Assembly: GCA_965200765.1 (NCBI GenBank)
Contig: OZ241380.1
Coordinates: forward strand, 3,066,525 to 3,130,524
Source: Arenicellales bacterium
Lineage (GTDB): Bacteria; Pseudomonadota; Gammaproteobacteria; Arenicellales; JAJDZL01
Direction: 5' to 3'
DNA: 64,000 nt
This document shows, piece after piece, positions 29,480-39,765 of the stretch. Position numbers and translations under genes: made by a program. Below the pieces are notes generated by a model. It did not search any database. It was not told the DNA's origin and saw only the letters and a program-made list of their open reading frames with translations. Within the stretch, counting starts at the first letter, position 1; each line of letters begins with the position of its first letter.

Positions 29480-30247
29480 ATGAAGATTTGTACTTGGAAT
29501 GTGAATTCCCTGAATGTTCGCCAAGATCACGTGTGCGACTGGATCTCCAGTACCGCACCCGATGTGGTGTGTCTTCAGGAAACCAAGATGGTGGACGAGA
29601 AGTTTCCGGCCAGTCGATTTGACGAGCTTGGATACTCGTCTCATCATTCAGGACAGAAGACGTACAACGGAGTCGCAGTCATTTCAAAAGCGGTTCCGGA
29701 GGATGTTGTCACCGATTTTCCGGAATATGAAGACCCGCAACGAAGATTACTTGCTGCCACGATCAACGGTGTTCGGGTCATCAATGTCTACATTCCGAAC
29801 GGTAGTGAAGTTGGTTCGGAGAAGTATCGGTACAAGTTGGAGTGGCTGGAGCATCTGGTGAAATTTTTGAAGAGTGAGTTGAAGAGTCATCGGTATGTAG
29901 TTTTGACGGGAGACTACAACATTGCCCCGGCAGATGAGGATGTTCATGACCCGAAGGAGTGGGAAGGCAAGATATTGTGTAGCGACCGGGAACGAGAGAT
30001 GTTTCAAAGGATGATTGAATGTGGTATGTCAGATACATTCAGACAGTTTGATCAACCTTCCAAGAGTTTTTCCTGGTGGGATTATCGACAAGCGGCTTTT
30101 CGACGTGACTTGGGGTTGCGAATTGACCACATTCTCGCGAGCGAAGCACTGGCGGGAAAATGTGTCAGTTGCGAGATTGACAAGGAACCAAGGTCATGGG
30201 AGCGGCCATCCGACCACACGCCAGTGATTGCTACGTTTGAATTGTAG
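29480..30247 (+). CDS. xthA: exodeoxyribonuclease III
   Basis: TWNVNSL, CLQETK, YNGVA, YIPNG, GDYNIAP, FSWWDYR, GLRIDHIL and PSDHTPV motifs. Confidence 0.96.
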   Translation: MKICTWNVNSLNVRQDHVCDWISSTAPDVVCLQETKMVDEKFPASRFDELGYSSHHSGQKTYNGVAVISKAVPEDVVTDFPEYEDPQRRLLAATINGVRVINVYIPNGSEVGSEKYRYKLEWLEHLVKFLKSELKSHRYVVLTGDYNIAPADEDVHDPKEWEGKILCSDREREMFQRMIECGMSDTFRQFDQPSKSFSWWDYRQAAFRRDLGLRIDHILASEALAGKCVSCEIDKEPRSWERPSDHTPVIATFEL

Positions 30248-30497
30248 AGTGTCGGTCAACGACAATGCTGATTGGTTGTACCTTTGTCGGTATAAGGCGA
30301 GCAAACAGTGGTGATGAAATTTGCGAAATTTTTGTCACCGAGTCAGGCCGCATCCGTCACTCGACAACATGATGCCAGGCAAATACCCTATAATCATTTC
30401 CAAAGGCTAACTCATGTCAAATGTGCTAGCCTATCACAACATGGATTGCTGGCAATTCGCGACAATATAACATCTGAATACATTGACCGGAGGTCAT

Positions 30498-30770
30498 ATG
30501 GCACTAAAAGATATTCGCAGGGATTCTGTGATTAAAGCTATTGAGGAGTTCGAGAAAAAAGGGCTGGAAAAAATGTTGGACAAGTACGGTGGTGGGCCAT
30601 CAACGAGATGGTACATTGTTAACAAGGGAAAACGCTATGATCAAAAATTAATTTGTCGTGCCGCACATCACTTACAAGGACTTGGATGGCTTCCTTCGGG
30701 TAGAGGTACATTCAAAGCTGGTGAAGCTCGACGCATACTTGCAAAACTTGGTTTCGATGTCGTGGGGTAA
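30498..30770 (+). CDS. stand-alone ScoMcrA-like N-terminal (head) domain protein
   Basis: IRRDSVIKAIEEF...GKRYDQKLI..AAH...F.AGEARRILAKLGFDV resembles the N-terminal domain of type IV restriction HNH/McrB proteins; RBS GGAGG. Confidence 0.6.
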   Translation: MALKDIRRDSVIKAIEEFEKKGLEKMLDKYGGGPSTRWYIVNKGKRYDQKLICRAAHHLQGLGWLPSGRGTFKAGEARRILAKLGFDVVG

Positions 30771-30789
30771 GAACGGTGGGGTAAGAACG
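30762..30789. repeat. 14-bp perfect tandem duplication
   Basis: GTGGGGTAAGAACG occurs twice, spanning the stop codon of the preceding ORF. Confidence 0.9.
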
Positions 30790-31255
30790 CTTGACCTCAA
30801 AAATTTCTTTTCGCAATAATTAACGAATTGAGATCATTCAAGTAAATCGGCTGAAAGGTAAAGCTAGATGGTTTAACACGCAACCCCGCTCGCGGGGTTG
30901 CGCCATTGCAACAATGAGTCCCCTCGGCAAGTCAGTTCGGTTTTCTACGACTGCATCTTGAGTCGCACAAAATTGACCTTTGACTGAATATTTTGCAAAA
31001 AATGGTTGAAACAGTACTCCTGAATTGCCCCCCTTTGCTGTGCAAAAAACAAATTTTCCATGAGTTCCCGTAACACAATTTGAAATTTTATGTCTACCGG
31101 GCAGTAGATTTATATCGTCTGACTTTTTTCAGAATTCCGTGTACGACAATCACTGGATAGTACGACCACACACAAATTCTTTATAATACGAAGAAAGGTT
31201 GCTTTAATCTCTCAACTACATATTGACACAGTCAGCAAGACTGGAATTCATTCTC

Positions 31256-32245
31256 ATGGCTCAGGCTGATTTACTCGTAAACATTTTGAAAACCGCCACC
31301 TCTGGTGACCAAGTGGCTATGCGCAAGTATGCCGAAGAGTTGATTCAAAATGAACGTAACAAAGGACACCGCATATTGGCAGAGCGTATGACCAAGGCAT
31401 TACGTCCAGATTCTGTGCAACAAAAAAGATTTCTGCATATGCAACCGAACAACAACCATAGTCAGAGCAAAGACCTGATTTACCAAATTGACCCAACACG
31501 AAAGTTGGATGACTTGGTACTGGCCAGTGACACAAGAAATCAAGTCATGGAAGTAGTAAGAGAGCAGCATCGTGCAGACGTGTTGCATGCTCACAATCTG
31601 CGTGCTCGCAACCGTCTTTTGTTTACCGGCCCGCCGGGCAACGGAAAAACTGCACTTGCAGAAGCTTTGGCATACGAATTGATGTATCCATTGATTGTCA
31701 TTCGGTACGAAGCACTGATTGGTAGTTATCTGGGTGAAACAGCTTCAAGACTGAAAAATGTCATTGACTACGCAAAAACTGTAAGGTGCGTACTCTTTCT
31801 TGATGAGTTTGAAACTCTCGGCAAAGACCGTGGCGACACGCACGAGACAGGAGAAATCAAGCGCGTTGTCAGTTCATTGTTGCTTCAACTGGACGATTTG
31901 CCGGATTATGTCGTGGTAACTGCTGCAAGCAATCATCCCGAGTTGCTTGACAAAGCGGTCTGGCGGCGTTTTCAAGTACGGCTGGCACTGCCAATGCCCA
32001 CTGCCAAGCAGTTGGCTGGATTTGTTACGTCAATTGAAAAACGTTGTGCCATCAAATTCGGAATCGCACCGGCTACCTTGGCAAAGCATTTACAGGGTGT
32101 AAATTTTTCTGAAGCAGAAGAATTTTGTTTGAGCGTTGTTCGTCAGGCAGTACTTGAGATGACTACTGATAATGCAAAGCACATTGTGAATCTTAAATTG
32201 AAGCAGTGGACCAACAGAACCAAACCCGAATCCACTCATCAATAA
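31256..32245 (+). CDS. AAA+ ATPase, IetA-like
   Basis: GPPGNGKT, LIGSYLGETA, LFLDEFE, HETGEIKRVV and LDKAVWRRF motifs. Confidence 0.88.
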   Translation: MAQADLLVNILKTATSGDQVAMRKYAEELIQNERNKGHRILAERMTKALRPDSVQQKRFLHMQPNNNHSQSKDLIYQIDPTRKLDDLVLASDTRNQVMEVVREQHRADVLHAHNLRARNRLLFTGPPGNGKTALAEALAYELMYPLIVIRYEALIGSYLGETASRLKNVIDYAKTVRCVLFLDEFETLGKDRGDTHETGEIKRVVSSLLLQLDDLPDYVVVTAASNHPELLDKAVWRRFQVRLALPMPTAKQLAGFVTSIEKRCAIKFGIAPATLAKHLQGVNFSEAEEFCLSVVRQAVLEMTTDNAKHIVNLKLKQWTNRTKPESTHQ

Positions 32246-32263
32246 CTTACGCACTAGAGTTCT

Positions 32264-32692
32264 GTGATGATAGAGAAACAACGGAAAAGCCTTACGGCAA
32301 TAGCATCCCAAGGAAAGTATAATCGACTTCACACACATCTACGTCATCAAGGCGGTCGAGAATGGAGTACAACATTCAACGAAGTCGAAGAGATACTTGG
32401 ATTTCAGCTACCGAATTCTGCGCGAATGCATAGATCTTGGTGGTCGAATCAAGACAACGGTGGGCACAGTCAAGCATTGGCGTGGCAATCAGCAGGTTGG
32501 CGCGTGTCGGCTGTTGACCTTGAACAAGAGTCCTTGACGTTCAAGCGAATAGACTCCAAAGAACACATTGTAGAGCGATATTCGCCACGTCGCAGATTTG
32601 ACATTGATGAAGTGTTGCCTCCCTATGATGCGGGTCCTTGGCCGGAGGGTTTGAGAATAACCAGAGAGTGGATGTATGGCGGTGATGGTTGA
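32264..32692 (+). CDS. DUF7662-like domain with antitoxin-like C-terminal tail
   Basis: KY..L...L......TFNEVEEILGFQLPNSA..HRSWWSN....HSQALAWQSAGWRV; tail GPWPEGLRITREWMY. Confidence 0.6.
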   Translation: MMIEKQRKSLTAIASQGKYNRLHTHLRHQGGREWSTTFNEVEEILGFQLPNSARMHRSWWSNQDNGGHSQALAWQSAGWRVSAVDLEQESLTFKRIDSKEHIVERYSPRRRFDIDEVLPPYDAGPWPEGLRITREWMYGGDG

Positions 32693-32718
32693 GCGCGATG
32701 TTCAATTTGTTCTTGTAG

Positions 32719-34398
32719 TTATTTGATCTCAGGATTTAAAAATTTTGCAATAGCATCAAGTTTTTCAATTACTTCGGGATGAATTTCATCTGGTGTCATT
32801 TTTGCAGCCAATTGATATAACTCTCCTTTCGTTGTATTGAGCCCGATTTCTTCAAATAATGGTGCAAGAAACTCCCTACTTGCTTTGATGCGAGTCAGTG
32901 TAGCAATGTCGCCGAACAGGTCAGTATCTGGAGGTATCTGTTTCCCAAATTTTTCGTCTACCTTTTGTACATATAATATGTGGTTTTTCAAGAATCTCTT
33001 GATTGCCGATGGAATTAGCAAGTAGTTTTCTATTTCATACCGTTTCCACCGAAGTATCCGTAATCCTGCCTTTGTCGTTTCTTTATCGGGTTGTTCCTTG
33101 TTATCTCCATCAAGCAAGCACAGGGCACGAATATCTGGAAACGCAGCTCGTATTGCAAAAAAGTGATCTTTTGCATCCTTTAGACGGTTGCCTCTAAGTT
33201 GATAAATGAATGGTCTGTTGAAAAATCTTTGGGCTGGGTGATCCAATACTCTTGCCCATTCTGTCAGAATTTTCTCATCTGTGGCCCCTTCAACATAGAG
33301 AATAGTTCTAACTTCCTTGCCCAATAACATGTCAGTGGTTGTAATACGCTTTAAAGCTTCACGTAACCGGTCGCGATCAGATTTATGATGAAGAGGACGA
33401 GGCCGGTCCCCAATAAAACCGATTACTCGGGAAGGTTCAGTCGAATCCAGAATTACTTCGGAATGAGTGGCAATGATTAACTGCCCGTCTTGTTCGTGAG
33501 CAATCTTTCGGATTAAATCGTACACCTGTTTCTGGAGAATTACATGTTGGTGCACGTCAGGTTCATCCAGCAAGATTACAGATGCTTCTCGAGTATAAAG
33601 AAATGCAAGCAACAGAAGAACTTGGAGAGTACCGCTTCCGGCACTCGATAGATCTAATGTCCGATTTTTACTCCCTTCCAGATATTCGCACAGAATAAAA
33701 GCTTGGCTTCCGGAGGAGTAGGTAGGCTGGAGTAGTTCAATTCCAAACAATGTACTAATATGTCTGGTTAGTGATTCCCAGTGTTGTGGACGATTTTCAG
33801 AAATTTCTAGTAGCAGATTTCTTAGTATGTTCCCAGGCCTGCCTTCACCTACTAGTCTGTTTTGCAGCCCTTGGTCACGCCGTGGTTCTTCTCGTTCAAT
33901 GCTTGAAAAAGTTGGTACGTGGATTACGTTCAAATTTTCTGCACCGAGTGGCGGAAAATTTCGAAGTTCTTCAAGCTTGAATTGTTTCGACCCTAATGGT
34001 CGTACGTAGATCAATTCAGTGTTCGCATACTGAAACTCTAGCCCACATTCCCAATTTTCATCGTTGATTTCCGCTTCTACAATAATTTCAATATTTCTTG
34101 CTATTTGTGGATTTCCTTCTCGTATACGTCTCTGTTGCCATAGCAAGTTCATCTCTCGCAAAGGTACAGGAGCAAATTCAGTTCGAGTGATAGGAACTCC
34201 GGATCTTTTCAACCTTTTATCTCTGTCCAATTTACGTTGGGACACCCAACGGTCGAGTCCATACTTCCAGGTCGCGATTCCTTGAAGCATGGTTGACTTG
34301 CCGGAATTGTTAGGTCCCGCAAGTACTATCGAATTGTTCAGTTCAAACTCTAAGTCAACAAAACTCTTAAAGTTTCTTATGGTCAAACGACGAATCAT
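32719..34398 (-). CDS. ABC-type ATPase + TOPRIM nuclease (OLD-like)
   Basis: IRNFKS, GPNNSGKST, LSSAGSG, LLDEPDVHQH and ATHS; TOPRIM YVEGATD and LLDGD; RBS GAGG before ATG 34398. Confidence 0.85.
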   Translation of the reverse strand: MIRRLTIRNFKSFVDLEFELNNSIVLAGPNNSGKSTMLQGIATWKYGLDRWVSQRKLDRDKRLKRSGVPITRTEFAPVPLREMNLLWQQRRIREGNPQIARNIEIIVEAEINDENWECGLEFQYANTELIYVRPLGSKQFKLEELRNFPPLGAENLNVIHVPTFSSIEREEPRRDQGLQNRLVGEGRPGNILRNLLLEISENRPQHWESLTRHISTLFGIELLQPTYSSGSQAFILCEYLEGSKNRTLDLSSAGSGTLQVLLLLAFLYTREASVILLDEPDVHQHVILQKQVYDLIRKIAHEQDGQLIIATHSEVILDSTEPSRVIGFIGDRPRPLHHKSDRDRLREALKRITTTDMLLGKEVRTILYVEGATDEKILTEWARVLDHPAQRFFNRPFIYQLRGNRLKDAKDHFFAIRAAFPDIRALCLLDGDNKEQPDKETTKAGLRILRWKRYEIENYLLIPSAIKRFLKNHILYVQKVDEKFGKQIPPDTDLFGDIATLTRIKASREFLAPLFEEIGLNTTKGELYQLAAKMTPDEIHPEVIEKLDAIAKFLNPEIK

Positions 34399-34496
34399 GA
34401 TTGAGCCTCTCTGTAACATGTAAATGAGGTAGCATGTACTTTCTGTACAGAACTCCGAAATAACAAAATCAGCATCATTTTGCTTTCTTCTCATGG

Positions 34497-35495
34497 TCAA
34501 GTGGCATCGATCAGTCTCCTGGCTACTGCGAATTCCATTCTTCTTCGATAATAGCCATCCTTTCTGACTCCCTTGAAAGGTGTCAAAAATATGTCATTCG
34601 TCTCTTTTCTAAATTCTTCGATTCGCTTGTTGAGTATTTTTACTAATGCAGGAATATTCCCGAATTCACCACTAATTCTGGTTATGAACCTTGAAGATTC
34701 TTTAATTTGGTATTCTTCTACTTCACTTGCTTCACAGAATCGTATGGACGGTTCACGAATATTGTCAAAAGAAATAAACCCCAGTTCTCCTTCAAGGTCG
34801 TTGAAACGAACCTGTCTGTTACGAACTGGTTTGGGAATCTTGCCTTCCAAATCTTGCAAATATCCTGAAAAATTGTCGTCATAATAAATACTAATTTGAG
34901 AACTCGATTGCTTATTGAACAAAGCCAGGCAAACCGGATTCTCTGTGTCATTGAATATACTGTCATCATGAAGCAAAATGTAAACTGACAACCTTTCACG
35001 AAACAACCCGCTTTGCAAATAACTTGCAGGCACCAAAGCCGCAACATAGTCACAATCTTTAAGACATAGATCAAGACAGTGCTTGTACAAGTCATCGAAT
35101 TTCGTATTGACATAAGGCAATCCTCTCCTCGTTGCGGAATTTCGAGCTAGCCAAGGTGGATTCGTTACACATACTTCAAATCCTTGCGGAAACGATTTGA
35201 TTGTGTTTCGCTGTTCGACCTCCTTATCAGCAGGAGCTATGTCATAAGAACTAAACTGCTTGCATAAATTGGATTCTTGTAGTGCTTTGACAATATTGTT
35301 TGAACCAGCAAAAGGTTCCAATATATGCTTGGAGTGCAATTCTATCTCTCCAGACCAATCCAAGAATGGTTGAAGTGTGAATGGGTTCCCACGTGTGTAA
35401 AACTGTCCTCTAGACCTTTTGTCTTCTATTTGCTTACCCAATTTTTCGTTCTCGATGCCGTTGCTCTGGTTTTCTGGGACACGTAGCCATTTCAA
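34497..35495 (-). CDS. putative amino (N6-adenine) DNA methyltransferase
   Basis: GQFYT, SAM-binding ILEPFAGS and catalytic VTNPPW in gamma-class order. Confidence 0.75.
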   Translation of the reverse strand: MKWLRVPENQSNGIENEKLGKQIEDKRSRGQFYTRGNPFTLQPFLDWSGEIELHSKHILEPFAGSNNIVKALQESNLCKQFSSYDIAPADKEVEQRNTIKSFPQGFEVCVTNPPWLARNSATRRGLPYVNTKFDDLYKHCLDLCLKDCDYVAALVPASYLQSGLFRERLSVYILLHDDSIFNDTENPVCLALFNKQSSSQISIYYDDNFSGYLQDLEGKIPKPVRNRQVRFNDLEGELGFISFDNIREPSIRFCEASEVEEYQIKESSRFITRISGEFGNIPALVKILNKRIEEFRKETNDIFLTPFKGVRKDGYYRRRMEFAVARRLIDAT

Positions 35496-35521
35496 GAAAT
35501 TTTAACAGAAAGAGAGAAGGC

Positions 35522-36060
35522 TATGGGAAAAAACCGGAATCAGTGGTGTGGACCGGAAGCGTTGGATACTGAAAGCGGTTCGCCGCGAGGGAACAGCGGT
35601 GTTTCTGTTTCGCGAGGCAGGGTTGTCGGAGCTGATGTTGCATTGCTGGTGCGACTTGGTTATCAAGGGTAGTAGAGAGCGATTGAAAGGAGGGGTTTCT
35701 TAGGAGAGGGTGGCGATGGAGTACTTGAAGATGGAGATTGCAGGTCGCGAATGCGTTATTGGCGAGCAGGTGATAGCGCGTGGGTTGTAAAAAACATGAG
35801 AGGCATGAGTTGCCAGAGTTGTTCCACGATAACCTGTGTCGTCGGAACTCTACATCAGAGTGGACCTGAAGAGCAGAGGGTGCTATGCATTGCCTTTATG
35901 CGACACTTCGGAGCAGAAAGCCACCTACCGGGCGTTTGCCTGCCGTTCGCTCGCAAGCGACCACACACGAATCGGAATAGCATCAGGGCCACTAACTCGG
36001 CATACGGATTTTGGTCGACAGCTGAAGTGTCGCGCTTCACTTCAAAGGTTGGTTTATTTC
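35522..36060 (+). mobile_element. IS3-like relic
   Basis: GISGVDRKRWILKAVRREG...REAGLSE, LKMEIAGRECVIGE and LTRHTDFGRQ fragments; homologous to 24730-25060. Confidence 0.5.
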
Positions 36061-36089
36061 AAATCAAATGCTTATGGGACGTGTCAAAG

Positions 36090-36593
36090 TCAATTTTTAA
36101 GGTTTGCAAAGGGTAGCACACTATATTTGGATTTGAATTCTCTGAGTATTTTTTCCCTCATCACAACAGGATTTTCATGAACTAGCCAACAAATTAGTAG
36201 ATCATTATGATTTTCGAGTTGCCAGATCAACCGCCCTCCCCAGTGTGCAGATGGTTCACCACTACCAAATTCAATTAGCTCGGGTATTCTTTCATATAAT
36301 GTTCTCTCAGGAGTATGTCCAACATACAGAATCTTTGCACCATTCACCCAATTCTTCTCGAGATATATTGAAGTTACAGTGGGATCTTTACCATTAAAAT
36401 GGCCACCAACACTCTCAGGTAACGATTCTGGTTTTTCTGGTGTTGGATTTAGTACAAGATATACACCGGATTGGCGTGGAACAGTATCCAAGTGATTTGT
36501 TGACTCTAGTGTTGCCCTTAGTGTCGATACAGGTAAAAATCCTTCAAATCCCCAAGACTTAATTTCTTCAAAACACTGTTGATTAAGTGCCAT
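36090..36593 (-). CDS. GIY-YIG-like nuclease domain protein
   Basis: PRQSGVYLV...ILYVGHT..TLYERI...HWGGRLIWQL...E..ILREF...LPFAN. Confidence 0.65.
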   Translation of the reverse strand: MALNQQCFEEIKSWGFEGFLPVSTLRATLESTNHLDTVPRQSGVYLVLNPTPEKPESLPESVGGHFNGKDPTVTSIYLEKNWVNGAKILYVGHTPERTLYERIPELIEFGSGEPSAHWGGRLIWQLENHNDLLICWLVHENPVVMREKILREFKSKYSVLPFANLKN

Positions 36594-37463
36594 TGTGATT
36601 TCCTACTAAATGATGAACAAATTTGTAATGCCTTTGACAATTTTGGAATACAATGTCAAAAAATGCTCAAGGCGATGTACAAAAGTGTACCTTCAGTGAC
36701 CGAAGATGTCAAGGACTTCACGCGGATTTTTGTGTTGCAATCTGGTAAATTTTCAGTTTCAAAGGTGTTGCTACCAGAGTGACGTCTTGGAAGCCACGCT
36801 GAAACACTTCAAGATTTCGTCGTGTCATTGACAGAATGTTCTCACAGTGGACCTAGTGCATCGCGACTTCATCTGATGCGAAATAACCCGTGAAAAGGGT
36901 CAGGACTCACAGGAATGGGCAAAATCCGTCCGACTTTTACAGGTGATATGGATTGAACCCGACAAATAGGTCGCAGCATCTCCTCGATGAAGCAAAGTCT
37001 TGCGACAGACAACTATGTGGACAACACAGCGGTTCATTGACGAGAATCGCTGTAGGATGCCGGCCTCTTGAAGAACCACAGTATCAGAGGAGCACAGGCC
37101 AGTGTAATGAAGCACTGAATGCAAGACTCGAAAGGTGAGCCAGCGACAACCGGGAAGCCTGTGAATCAAATTAACGATTCGCACAATCCGCGGTTATCTG
37201 TGTTAAACTTGTAATCTCAACAGGTAATTCCGTAACATGTATACTGAAGTTCGACAAAGCGTGCATTCGCTCAAATGAAACTCGGTTGATGACAGTTGTT
37301 TGTGTGAAATCAATAAGTTGATTAAAAATGAGATGCAACGTAGATGCCGAGATCCTAATATCGTTGCCGAACTTCTAGGACAGGGCTAACCACTTTTGAA
37401 CTGTTGAACTTGGGTTGGTTAGTACGACATGATATTTTTGTACGAACACTTTGATGTATTCAA

Positions 37464-38000
37464 ATGCTGAACTTTCTAGCCAAATGTATTCTGACGGGAA
37501 CATCTTTTGCTCCTTTTTTTGCTGCATTTTCGATAAAGGAATTCGAAAATGGGAACTCATTGGTTGCTGGATTAGTGTTTTTGTCGATTGCAATCGTTTT
37601 GGTTTGTAGTTGTTGGGCGATGTTGAACTACACTACTAGAAAAGCTGAAATATTTTCAGTTTCATATTCTGAATATACTGTTGAGCGAAAGGACTACGAA
37701 AGCTTGATTTTTCTTTTGGTTTGTCTGTTGCCAATCATTCTATCAGACAGTAATCCGTTTACTAGCCAACCCATTACTACAATCTTTTGCTTAATTGCCG
37801 TTACAGTCGCAATTTCTTATTCACACGCATTTCACTATAATCCAGTAGTGCGCTTGTTCGGGTATCGGTTTTATACTTTGAAAAACAATGCAGATCCGCC
37901 AATTCTTTTAATTAGCAAATTTGAGTTGCCATCGTCAAATAAAAATCTACAAATGGTTTGTATTGCTAAAGATGTGATTGTTGAGTGCGGTGAACGATAA
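37464..38000 (+). CDS. four-TM membrane protein, KwaA (Kiwa)-like
   Basis: Four hydrophobic helices; KDYESLIFLLVCLLP and FHYNPVVRLFGYRFY motifs. Confidence 0.6.
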   Translation: MLNFLAKCILTGTSFAPFFAAFSIKEFENGNSLVAGLVFLSIAIVLVCSCWAMLNYTTRKAEIFSVSYSEYTVERKDYESLIFLLVCLLPIILSDSNPFTSQPITTIFCLIAVTVAISYSHAFHYNPVVRLFGYRFYTLKNNADPPILLISKFELPSSNKNLQMVCIAKDVIVECGER

Positions 38001-38156
38001 TGGTTAAGTCTTTCAATATAGGGACAATAGTCGAACAAGGCAGTGATTCTAAATTACTCAACAATCATCTTGAACCGGAATTGCAGGGTGAAACTCAAAA
38101 TGAGTCAGATAATGGAGGATTGCTTGGCTCGAACCCACTTAGCTGTCTGAAACAAA
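38000..38156 (+). pseudogene. truncated coupled partner gene (possible kwaB remnant)
   Basis: TAATG overlap with the KwaA-like gene; cut after about 52 codons by the IS end at 38157. Confidence 0.4.
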
Positions 38157-39666
38157 GGGAATTATACGGAATACTACACAAATTGAGTAAATGACAATTT
38201 TTGTCATTAATTTGAGGGTTATTTATTATCCTTTAGTTTTTCCTTCAATTCCTTTTCAGTCACTGGCGGAAGTTTCATGAAAGCCTTGGCGAACATTCCT
38301 GCTTTCAAGTGAACCTCGTCGGGAATGTTGTTTTCAGGCACATCAGGCAATTTGATTTTCTTTTTGTTCCGCATTGTCGCGTTCCGCTATTATTGACATG
38401 ATTCAGTTTGGCTCGACTTGAATTCACGAAGTAGGTCAAGATCACGCCAAATAAAGCAGTACGATTGGCAATATCGCAGTCCAACATGTCAATTCAATCT
38501 GCCGTCTTCGCCGGACACCAGGTCTTTGTACATGATTCTTCTGCCAGCCATGCCTGCAATGATAGCTTCCATCTGATTGATGGTATCCATCTCCCGAATA
38601 TTGTGCCGCAACACGAACTCGTTCACATAGCGGTTCAAATGCTTCTTGCTCATTTTATGATAAGTGCCTTTGTGAGATCTCTTCAGCATTGACCAGAAAG
38701 ATTCCATGCCGTTTATGTGGATCTGTTCATCTACATACTCGCCGACACTGTGCTTGACGAACCCGTGGTTGTAGTACGCCAGATTCCGATAACTCTTGAA
38801 GTCATCGGTATTGACAGTTGAACCTTCCTCTACATTGTCTTCTATGAACCCGTGCAAAGTTTTTTGCCTGGTATTCTCAACAACCTTCGCTTACTTGGTT
38901 TGTCTCTCGGTTCGTGATGCCCGCAACAATGGATTTTCCAGCCCCGCCGCGACCGGCATTCAGCTTCTTGTCTTTGCGCTTGTTTCCTTCCAAACCGCCC
39001 ATGTAAGTTTCATCTACTTCCACCGTGCCTGAAAATACATCGGCGCAACCGGAAAAACCTCTCTAAGCCGATGTAGCATGAACCATGCCGCCGACTGTCC
39101 AATGTCCAGGTCCCGGTGCGACTTCATGCTGGACACCCCTTTTCAAACTGGTGGTGTAAAGGAATATTCCAATCGCCCATTTCTGCAAAGATATATTTGA
39201 TGCTTCCATTGAAGTACCGGTTCGAACACTGAAATACCTTCGGCAACTCTTGCAATGATACGGCATTGGCTTGCGGTTTTTCCGAATTGAAACTTGTTCG
39301 GAACTGTATCTTGGACAAACAGGTTCATAGAACCGCCGACATTTTTCCGCGGCCATATAATTTGAAAACATTTGAAACAATTCAGTCAGTGAAATTCCCT
39401 TGCAATACCCTTTTCCGGGCGAGTTCTTGCTACGTTTTTTCCTATGAATACTACCTTTGAAATCATACAGGTTTTATATCAAAAAATAACCAGAAAGTCA
39501 AGTTTATTTTTCATCAAAAGTGGTTTTCTGCCGAATAAAATTCGAAGACGCAGCTGTCGTTTTTCCGCGCTTGACTTTGGAATGAAGACAGCAGGCTAAA
39601 ATAGTGGCTTTGCAAGTACCAAAAATTGACATTTACGCAATTTGTATAGTATTCCGTATAATTCCC
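38157..39666 (-). mobile_element. IS1595-family element with 47-bp terminal inverted repeats and a frameshifted transposase
   Basis: IRs at 38157-38203 and 39620-39666 match at 44/47. Transposase fragments PVCPR...YHCKSCRRYFSVRTGT, VNTDD and HINGMESFWSMLKR...HLNRYVNEF lie in 38489-39440. Confidence 0.9.
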
Positions 39667-39765
39667 AAATAGTTAGATCTTCAAACTCGAGATCAAAAAC
39701 CAGTCACTTTGCCGCTCGGTAGAATATCCGCGGCAGTGGAATGAGCAAAAACCTGCCGCAAATTC

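Noticed and set aside
36790-37200. Possible further transposase relics here and at 44500-44800 and 49650-49950
   Set aside because: No recognisable motif recovered by eye; BLASTx would be needed.
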